Positions 23,287 to 33,000 of a stretch of DNA of 33,000 nt are shown piece by piece. The stretch is from Laetmonice hystrix (lineage: Eukaryota). The stretch spans positions 15,500,001 to 15,533,000 of the forward strand of contig OZ249440.1 in assembly GCA_965235115.1 (NCBI GenBank), written 5' to 3'. Within the stretch, counting starts at the first letter, position 1; each line of letters starts with the position of its first letter. A program made the translations under genes and the position numbers. Below the pieces are notes generated by a model. That model ran no database searches. It saw only the letters and a program-made list of their open reading frames with translations, and was not told the DNA's origin.

Positions 23287-23427
23287 GTCACGGATTGTCC
23301 TCGGGAACAATCGGTCGGAGTTGGCATGGTTAAACCTGGGAATAGCTGTTGTCTGCGCATGTCTGGTTACGTGGCGTAAATTTTTATACATCACCACATT
23401 ATATTCTAATGATGGTACTGTTTCCAG
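23287..23427 (-). mobile_element. Possible decayed CR1/Jockey-group LINE ORF2 3' remnant
   Basis: Minus frame reads LETVPSLEYNVVMYKNLRHVTRHAQTTAIPRFNHANSDRLFPRTIRD. The motif order PSLE...MYK...TRH...IP...FPRTIRD matches invertebrate CR1-like tails (SFFPRTIRDWN), but spacing is compressed and WN is missing. Confidence 0.4.
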
Positions 23428-24501
23428 TCCAACTGGCATCACCAATATCTTTCTTATTAAGATTTATTTGATTTTATTTGAGATATACATAGTGACATCT
23501 TTGTTGTCTAGTTCTTTTATATTATCTTTCCCGTACTATATCTCGGTGTCTATGGAATAAATCGAGGCTTTTATTATTTTCATAATTACGTTGTCAAATA
23601 CCATATGAAAATTTGAACAGAGACTTAATCAACACAATGCTTTGTCTGCTTTGTCTTTGGAGTGTCAGTTTCCGAGACAGCACGTTGATTTGGTAACACT
23701 ATTTGTGTTTTTCATCAGCTCTCTGAGGTCGTAAATATTCCCATGGTAGCAGTTTGACCCCTATCATGGCGATGGTGTCAATGTTCTGTTAGATGTTCAC
23801 TGCAGATCCTCACGTACATGACGGGCTAGCTCCCAGCTGAACGTAGCATGGAACTGTGACATGTCATGTCAATGACGACAGAAACATTGCCATCCTAGAT
23901 CTGGTGTTCTGGGAGGCAGTACTGATATCTTCATATAATTACATGGACGTATACACAATTAGCCCCCTACTGTGGCTTCCGAACGGTGGTTTAACAGGAT
24001 TGGCGATCCTAACACGCCGTTTAGCTTTAAAGCGCTGACATTTAACTCGGCACCCTGTTGCTGGGCAATTCAACTGTTTTTTGGGGGGTAAAAACGAGTT
24101 TCAAATACAGCCAACTTTGTAAACGATTTATTTTGCTTTAGTGAATGGACGTTGGCTTTTAATAAAACTAGATCGTGTTATCTTAGAAAAAAAGTAAAAC
24201 TAGATAAAACCCCTCGTATTCTCTTTTGATTTGTGTTTTTGTGTATTTCATTTAAATATCAGGATGAGGAGGCGGCAGTTACGGTTTCTTTGGCTTGTTC
24301 CAGTCGTAACAGTGCCAGATCAAAAAAGACTAAAGAAATGTTCTTGGGGCAACGGCGGCCTGGGTTGGCTCACATGGCAATGTGCACAGCCTTGGTTAGA
24401 TGTGTTGGAATGGGTTACATTTCCACATGCCCGGACACGCCACTTGACATAATGAACGCCAGCCTCACCACAGTTCGGCGTCTCCCTGAAGGCCAGGCCA
24501 G

Positions 24502-24509
24502 TGACGTCA
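24502..24509. promoter_or_regulatory. Perfect CRE palindrome TGACGTCA
   Basis: Exact consensus in a GC-rich patch. Confidence 0.4.
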
Positions 24510-25014
24510 TGGGTCAATCATTGGGCCGCTAAACGTCGACCCTGAGGTCACAGGCTGAGTAAGGCAACTCGCCATTGGTCAGACTGATAACACAGAACTG
24601 GACAACTGTCCCTCCGCATAGCTAGGTTTATAAGTAAATGCTATTAATTTTGAATGATGAGGATTTCCCTCCGTTACGAGCAGGTTTGTCATTTTATAGC
24701 AAACATCTCCATGCAGGGACATTGCTTGTAATTGTTTCCACGATTACAATACCCATGAAAGTATCTAATTGTACACGTGAATTATTGTCAGATACTTTTT
24801 TAATACATTTGATGTAAGCAGAGGTTACTGTGTGTAGTATGTGAGAAATTCGGTCAGATGTCAATCTCAGTCCCTGTACTGGCGTACCAATCACGGAGGA
24901 CAAAATATCACTGGATTCATGATAGACAGCTGACGAATTCCTGCAGCGTGTCTGCACGCACAACAGACGGGAGTACAAGTCATACATGGCCACATCATGT
25001 GTTCTGGCCATTCA

Positions 25015-25734
25015 CTGGGCCGGCCTTCCCGACAGAAACAGAGCAGTGGTTCTGATCAAACCCTGGGCCGTCCTCCCTGGCAGAAAACGGAGCAGTGGTT
25101 CTGATCAAACCCTGGGCCATCCTCCCTGACAGAAAACGGAGCAGTGGTTCTGATCAAACCCTGGGCCGTCCTGCCTGACAGAAAACGGAGCAGTGGTTCT
25201 GATCAAACCCTGGGCCGCCGTCCTCCCTGGCAGAACACGGAGCAGTGGTTCTGATCAAACCCTGGGCCGCCGTCCTCCCTCGCAGAAAACGGAGCAGTGG
25301 TTCTGATCAAACCCTGGGCCGTCCTCCCTGGCAGAAAACAGAGCAGTGGTTCTGATCAAACCCTGGGCCGTCCTCCCTGGCAGAAAACGGAGCAGTGGTT
25401 CTGATCAAACCCTGGGCCGTCCTCCCTGGCAGAAAACGGAGCAGTGGTTCTGATCAAACCCTGGACCATCCTCCCTGGCAGAAAACGGAGCAGTGGTTCT
25501 GATCAAACCCTGGGCCGTCCTCCCTGGCAGAAAACGGAGCAGTCGTTCTGATCAAACCCTGGACCATCCTCCCTGGCAGAAAACGGAGCAGTGGTTCTGA
25601 TCAAACCCTGGGCCGTCCTCCGTGGCAGAAAACGGAGCAGTGGTTCTGATCAAACACTGGGCCATCCTCCCTGACAGAAAACGGAGCAATTCATTCCCTA
25701 GGACGTCCTCCCTGACAGAAAACGGAGCAGTGGT
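25015..25734. repeat. 49-bp minisatellite, about 14 units (consensus cagaaaacggagcagtggttctgatcaaaccctgggccgtcctccctgg)
   Basis: Units start at 25033, 25081, 25130, 25179, 25231, 25283 and onward to 25716; two adjacent units carry a +3 gcc slippage (52 bp). Confidence 0.97.
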
Positions 25735-25877
25735 GGGTTCGTGGGTTTAAGGCGCTGATGTCTCCACATTGGCAGGCTCCGATTTAAGCAGAGGTAGACA
25801 AGAAAATTCTATGTCAGACAGCGACGATAGTGTGGCCTGAAACACGCTAAATGTTTCAGGTATGAAAGGTGTTTCAC

Positions 25878-25892
25878 GGGGGGGGGGGGGGG
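25878..25892. repeat. G15 homopolymer
   Basis: Direct reading. Confidence 0.95.
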
Positions 25893-27125
25893 ATGGCTCA
25901 AGTTACTTATAGCCAGTGTTTGTTCAATTTGTCAGTTATCCGATTATTACCAATGGACCGGGCCTTTACTGCAGGATCTCGCCCGGAATATGACCAAGAG
26001 ACGCCGACAGCCCGTTAAACTACCAATCGCTCTCCCACTCTTGACAGAACAGATTATTTCCATCAACAAATTCAGTTAAAACCTCCACGCCATGCACAGA
26101 CTCTCCATCTCAACGTCACTTACTCTATGACCACAACATTCAAAATTCAGTACTAATGCTGAATGTCAAATGAGTTGTCATGGCGTAAATATTAGGAGGA
26201 CAAAGCGAAATAAATCCCTTCGAGCATCGGGTCTGTCATTTTCATTGGAACAGTTAATCTGTGTCAGTTGACAGATATTATAGGGGTTAGAAATCTGCGC
26301 CCTTTAAACCGTTCTGTTCGGCGACGACTGTCCCCATCTCTATTGTGTTACCGATTCATCGTCTCATAATAGATGTCATGAAGTATACATGAGTATTCTA
26401 CTACGTCATCGATCGAATCACATACCTCTATTCCCACGACCCTGCAATCAATTCCCAGTGCATGTCACGTCAATTACATGCTTCTGGTCGAACAATGCAG
26501 GCGCCTTGTGTTACCTCAGCCAGGCCAAGGGCCACAGTGTCCGAGCACTGGGCCAACGTCGGTTTGCCGCATGAAGCGAACATGGAAGGGAAGCGCACGT
26601 TTTGTTGTCTGTGTAAAGAATAATCACCAGTAAATAACTGGAATCATTCGAACGTCAATGGAATTCTGTGGTGATTGACATAAGTGTATAATCTACCTCG
26701 GCGAGGTAAGTAGAAACATCTGAAACTTGACTCCGTAAACTGCTTGGTATCTTGCATGTCTCATAAAAAACAGAAGACAGCATGGTAGACATTACGCTCC
26801 CTATATCACGGTCGCTTTATTCGTTTTATATAAACATCTGTAACAAAATCATGCTATATCAACACTTCGTGTGTGTGTACATGTATATAATAGCATTATA
26901 AACACAACAGTCCATACTATTATGCTTATACTATCTTGCTTCTATTCCGAGTGCGGCGAGGAAGTAGTTAGTCGTAACATCCTGGCTGCTGACGTGTATC
27001 CAAGGCGATTCCCCGAGCCTCTCACTGCTCATGTCAAGTTACATACGTTGTGTCATTTTGAGTTAGCTGTTTAGTAAACAAGCAGTGGGGTGTTCATTAC
27101 TGGGCCATGTAGCCATGCATAACTA

Positions 27126-27144
27126 GGGCGCCACCTGGGGGGAA
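27126..27144 (-). promoter_or_regulatory. CTCF motif on minus strand (core CCCCCAGGTGGCGC)
   Basis: Matches CC(A/G)CCAGGTGGCGC with one mismatch. Confidence 0.5.
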
Positions 27145-27527
27145 GCCACTCAGCGAGGTGCGGGCTGCAACACCTCCCGTGAAACGTTGTCATAAAATGG
27201 GCGTCATTCTCAATTCTCCACCCCAGACCAGACATCTCACCGCCACGCTGAATTCATTCGGCGTTCGCTTGTTTTACACACACATCTAATCCAACACAGG
27301 CATAGACTGGACATTTGATTCAATCAACTCGGTTATAGGACGTAGAAACGTCAACAACACCATATTCTCAATCCGTAATCATCTTTAGACCAGACAAGTT
27401 ACAATTATGGTCGGCATACCGGCTGAACCTGCTCGAACGTGATTATTTTTTTATATACTTAAAGGACTTAGACTTGGTTATCTTTACGACAGCGCGACCC
27501 ATACGGACGACATTCTGGCAATCAGCC

Positions 27528-27537
27528 CAAGATGGCG
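27528..27537 (+). promoter_or_regulatory. YY1-type motif CAAGATGGCG
   Basis: Exact YY1 core in a CpG-rich patch; the ATG in it reads ATG GCG ACG GTT TGA, so it is not a CDS start. Confidence 0.35.
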
Positions 27538-28676
27538 ACGGTTTGACGTGTCAGGTGGAGTGCAGCTGGAGGCCACACGTACCACACCCCGGTCTGTCCC
27601 ATCGGATTCAACCTGTACTCGGTATTCTTTATAACTGACAACCTCCCACATCATGCACCCGGAATAACACTCGAAATGTCCCGATAACCTTCACTTCGGC
27701 TATAATGAGCGAGTTGTTGGTGAGGGAGGAAATAACGGAGGGTAGGGTGATATATTATAAAGGGAAGAGTCCCTCCAACCTGGATGATGTCTGATAACTG
27801 AAAGCGGCCCTACCCACATCACTGTACAATCGCAGTGTAGTTTATTCCAAAAGAATTTCATGAAAGTAACAAAAAAAGATCTCAGTATGCCCAATGCTAT
27901 CGTCTCGAGTATATTCGTGCCAGACCAGTGTCCCAAAAGACCGTGTAAAGTCAACGCCTTCTGGCAGACTCCTGGCTCGATAAAAAAACAGCCAGGACGG
28001 ACACAGAAAGTTTCTGTCACAATTGACGCGATTCACTGCATCTATACATGCTACCCAGAGCGCCATCAGCGTCTGGTGGGAGGTGGTGTATCTTTATCAA
28101 TAAACATAAATGCCACAAAAAGCGAGAAACTGCGCTAGATTGAAGACAGCGTCTACAGAAAGCATTTTGCCTTTTGTTAAGACGCGTTATCATCGATCAT
28201 GCATGGCAACAAAATGAGAACGAAAAAAACCCTCTAATCTATTTCCACAATCTCCCACGGTCACTTCAAGCTAAACCTGAAAAATGGAGGTATATAAGCC
28301 AGTTCCCGGCTGGTATTGTTGCCTTATGTTACTGTATAGTGAATATGTTATTGCTGTTGCGTTCCACGTCATAGCAAGACATGTTGTTTATAGACGGGTG
28401 TTTCAGCCAACTGCCTTCGGACGCCTAGTCCTTTGGTGCATTGGAAGCCACTCTACGGGAGCGGCTTCTTTGTGTGTCTATAACATGGTCTATGAATTAG
28501 GATCTTCGCCCGGCAAGTATTCTCTGTAGATTGGGGTAGGAATGTCTGCAGAGCTGTAGGTTGACTCAAATGAAATTCGCTCAAATGCGAAACACTCTAC
28601 ACCAAAATCTTCATATAAAAACACATAATATCCGAATGCTACCGAATATACAGCGTATAATAACGAGTGAAGAGAG

Positions 28677-28932
28677 CTCTATACACTATGACCTCTATAC
28701 ACTATGACCTCTATACACTATGACCTCTATACACTATGACCTCTATACACTATGACCTCTATACACTATGACCTCTATACACTATGACCTCTATACGCTA
28801 TGATCTCTATACACTATGATCTCTATACGCTATGATCTCTATACACTATGACCTCTATACGCTATGACCTCTATACGCTATGATCTCTATACGCTATGAT
28901 CTCTATACGCTATAATCTCTATACACTGTGAT
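28677..28932. repeat. 16-bp minisatellite, 16 units (ctctatac[a/g]ctatga[c/t])
   Basis: Strict 16-bp period; the first 7 units are identical. Confidence 0.97.
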
Positions 28933-31900
28933 CTGGATTATAAAAAGTTATATCATGCGGCTACATCTGGCTGCCAGTTATGTCCATGGATGTGTACGGA
29001 TTGACATGCACTTACTGGACACATCCCGATCCATTTCCATAACTTCTGGTCGACAATCCTTGAAAAAAAAGTTTCTCGTAAAAGTTGCTCACCGCGGGAG
29101 GTCCAATGGTAACGGACAGACAGGCGTACTAAATTAGAGGGAACTCAAACAACACTTAAAGAGTCGTTTCAAAGGGCCAACAAATCACATTCCATTAAAC
29201 TGCTGACAGGGCGTTGAAAAGCGTCCAAATGTAGCAGTGATGGCCATCAGACAGCACGGAGTGACCATGCTGGGACTGTGCCAGTTCAGTCTATGTGAAG
29301 GTATAAACGTTGCCACTGGCCCTCGGGCATATCTTCATCGTGTTGATACCACTATACTATCAATGCAGATAACGATACGCTCTGGCATTCCAACTGAAAG
29401 GATTCGTATGTCTCTCGATAAACGCTGCGTGCGGTAATCTGGTAACATTGAGAAAACCATGCAGTTAGACATCTTGAGACAGCAAGTTGATGAAGTCCAG
29501 TATACATGTAGTGAGATAAATGTTTGCCTAGCCATACTGGGTGACGTTTTAGACATCGCATGGTAGTGGGCATATCACTTGGACTGCAGGCCGAAACTGA
29601 CCCTTCCAACAGTCAAGTGACATTCGTCTTTAAGTATCCTGACCTCCGGGTGACAACGACTGGGGCAAATCCTTTGTGTCAACTGACGTGTCGTCCCTGC
29701 CAGTGAATCTAGCTGTCACACAAGACTCAATCCTCGAGACAGGCAATCTCAGAGCATTCCCAAACCACTTAGAGTCGCCAACTTCTAGATTCGATCGTGG
29801 CGAAGTACTAACTTCATGTCTGTGGATGTCCTGCGCGAGAGGAAAGCTTTAAATTAAGCGATGGTCGCGTCTCCTTCGTGATACCATTCTGAGATAGCCA
29901 CAGGTAAACATATCGTGTGCGTTATGCCACAGACTTGCAAGACGTCAAACCTCAAAACAAACCATTGCCACCCAAAAGTCGCACTAAATTTTCAGAGTTT
30001 GACGCAGAAGGACCATCAGTTCTGGCTGGCTGCGCCAATCAAAAAGATAGGCCACTCAGGAACGGTTACTGTACGTTATCAAGAAAGCGAGACATTTTCA
30101 CTGCTCGCATCAGGAAATGAGAAATACCCCAATCTAAAGTGAGCTGAAGGGTTCAACCCAACCGCGATAAAATCCTGAATGTGGCCATGTCCGAACCCTC
30201 GATAGCTGTCCCTTTGCGTTAGTTGCGGAGAAATAAGACGTGACACTGCGAGCGTCATTTTGAATGCTGCTCTTTCTGAACTGACGGCGCGATGCCAGCC
30301 TGAAAGTGACCCTTACAAGGTGAGTGGTATTGGCTAGGAGTAGAGACCACTTACAACAATATTTGGGGATTAGACCCTTGGGAAGTGAAAACATCTTGAG
30401 ATGGGCCGTGTTTACTGTAGCTTACGACCGCTGCAGCCACCACTGGTTTCAATTTTGCCAACCCCTTGATATATTTGCCTGCTTGCTTGAAGAGACGCTA
30501 ATTGGATGACGCATTGGCACCTTTCTTACTTACCCAATAATCTTGTGGATGTCTCGAGGGAAATTAGAAATTGCATTATTTTTACAGTTTTTTTACGAGT
30601 GCGCCTCAGTTGGTTTATGTTGGAATATAGAAGTCGGACATGGTATAGTCAGAAATACAAACCGCAACCATGGAAGTATGTACTATGTATAGATGGCGAA
30701 CAACATAATATGTCGGATTTCTGAACATTTTGAGGGCGCACATAGCCGTGCAGATTGTAGTTCGCGACACACAATCAACAACACAAATGATAAGAGAATA
30801 GTGATTCCTCTTCTTTTGCGACTTTTAGGTGTATGGTAAGTATGGAATCATATTTCCTCGAGCCAGATATCTAAAACAAAGAGTTCTCTCATGAAGTGTC
30901 CATATACGCACTAAGAACCAGTTTTTTGTATTATTGTAAATCCTACTAAACACTTTTAGCAACATACTTTGGGAACAGCAGAAGTAAGGCACCAGTCGTC
31001 CTGTAACGGTGGTGTTACTAACTGCCTCACACATACACCTCTTGGCGGCTATATATCTGAGGGACGTTGTGCTCACTTCTGCCACGAAAAATGTGTTTCT
31101 CGTTTACCTGTAGCGAAGATTGGAAATTCCTCTCAGTCGGTTTATGTGTACGTGAGCAATTTTTGCAGACGCTTTTAACGATTTCTGTATGGCAGACCTA
31201 TAGATGCGTGAGGACATCCGAGTGGTTTGTCCGACGGGGCGCGTCCCACTTAACGGGCAGGAGCGTCCTTCCGGATTTCACGTCCTCCGACGCTGCGTCT
31301 TGTTGAGGCCACTTGGTGCGAAAAGACGTAACGTCATTATGACATTTGTGGTCGAGTGGGTCGCCTTTGGTGCTTCTCCATCATGAAGTGTCAGTGAACG
31401 AGGCACGTGTTATTGCGCACAAATGAGAGGATAAGACGTTGTGTGCGTCCTCTGAGGTCGGGTCAGAATGGCAGTCAGCCAATCGTTGCTGGGTAAGGTT
31501 GGGGAAGGTGGGGGAGGACTTGCTGCATGTCATCGGATTGTTCTCTTACAATACGAGGCTAATTGAGACCCATTGATTCGCTAATACCGACCTGCAATAA
31601 CGGTTGACAACCCACCGTGAGGCAGAGATCTCATAATATTACTGCCGATCGACTAAGTCGGGCTTTGCGTGTTTTCGCCCGGAATCTTTCTCATATTGGT
31701 GGACCCCCTGGAGATCAATATGTGGATCCGTTAGTAGACGCAGTCCATTCTCTACACATATAGTACCCGGGATGCGATGTAGATGATAGCCTTCATGACG
31801 TGCCTACACGTCGCAGACCTGTAGTACATAACAAATTTTTGCTTAAACAAAAAATTAATTATGACTCGCTTCCGTGAGAAAGTCAATTCATGAAGTTCCC

Positions 31901-33000
31901 TCACCCTTCCAATGCTCTCCTTCAGTCACCATGCGGCAGATGTTAAAACTATTTCGATTGGACCATGCCTTCACCGCTTGTGGGGATCTTTCAGAAAACA
32001 AGTCTCTGTAGAAGCAGGACGATTTCTTGCCGTTCATGTTACGTTCATTCATTGAGACCGCGTCCCGCAAATCACGAAGTCCCAAATCAGGTGAACAAAT
32101 AACGGGAAATGAAGCGACGGCGATATGATGTACTCGATTCAGCGAACATGACCGGCAATAGGAATACTGAATTGTCCCATTTCACGCCGACGTGAAGAGA
32201 ATGAAAACATATACTGTAATGCGACACTCTACTCTTGGTGTTTTTATTGTATTTATTTATTCTTTCCTCATTTGTTTTTGGCCACACCTCTTTTCAGCAG
32301 TTGATTTGTATAGATGGAACCCATTGGTATAGTATCCTAATATTCTATGGTCATCTCCTAGTAAATGGAATATTACACAGCACTTTTCTTAATTGTCCGG
32401 AGGTACATACACATGGTGTGTAGGGGAAATGGAGCAAATTCTCGCTCACCAGAGCAAACAGACAGCCAATTTGCCAGCGTCTGGTAGAAGTGAATATATC
32501 GGACCACAATCATAACATGTCTACGCAGCATTCTGATGAGAGTAAACGTCATGGATTCTGCTTGAATCGACATCGGCCTCTTTCTCGAAAAATGAATTGT
32601 TGGCCGTAATTGGCAGGCACCCAGTGCACGGAAAGCAAGTTTCTGAGCGAATAACTCGTTGCCGGGGCAACATATTCCAGGAAGTTGATTTCGCGTGTTT
32701 TCCCTAAATACGATTTAATAAAGACAGACATTTGGTTCACTGTGTACACTGTGCTGAGTTACAATGCAGTATAAAAATGATGCTAATAATAATGATAGGA
32801 AAGGCTATGATTTTTTTTCAATGGCAAGGACATTCACCACCTAAGTTGTAAGAAGTGTATGGGACGGTGATGGAGTGTTGCACCTGGGAACGGACCTTAC
32901 AGAGTCACAATAACTGGGGAAAGCGAGGTGTTAGCAAAACACGACCATGGAATGATAGGTGTTGTAAAGTCCGGCAAGTCTGACAGCAGTGCCCTGAGCG

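Noticed and set aside
26930-27050. C2H2 zinc-finger-like words (CFYSEC...LTAHVKLHT)
   Set aside because: Cys-to-His spacing is 25 residues rather than 12; no linker or second finger.
28174-28374. NPLIY GPCR TM7-like motif
   Set aside because: Preceded by hydrophilic QQNENEK, so there is no transmembrane helix.
29917-30120. Protein-looking 67-aa ORF (KPLPPKSRTKFSEFDAEGPSVLAGC)
   Set aside because: No identifiable family; the nearby donor-acceptor pair gives only a 29-nt intron and no linked exon could be found.

Overview
Eukaryotic, apparently non-coding DNA (GC in the low-to-mid 40s by eye, CpG not obviously depleted). I recognise no protein-coding gene, tRNA, rRNA, snRNA or CRISPR array. 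All ORFs in the track are short (max 152 aa) and none has a domain I can name confidently. Composition, repeat style and canonical CTCF/RFX/NRF1/YY1 motifs suggest an invertebrate bilaterian such as an amphioxus-like chordate; this is inference only. The sequence directly supports: (i) a nested pair of non-autonomous foldback/MITE-type DNA elements at 14.7-15.3 kb (outer TGT...ACA with an exact 5-bp TSD; inner GGG...CCC with a degenerate 8-bp TSD and a telomere-like interior); (ii) minisatellites of 20, 13, 55, 49 and 16 bp plus short duplications and microsatellites; (iii) many palindromic TF motifs (7 perfect CREs, 5 GTCACGTG-type E-box sites, 3 CTCF sites, a perfect X-box, a perfect NRF1 site). 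Weaker signals are two possible decayed LINE 3' ends, a tRNA-Lys PBS-like motif and a few exon-like segments. The window reads as a large intron or regulatory gene desert; I found no convincing novel protein-based system.
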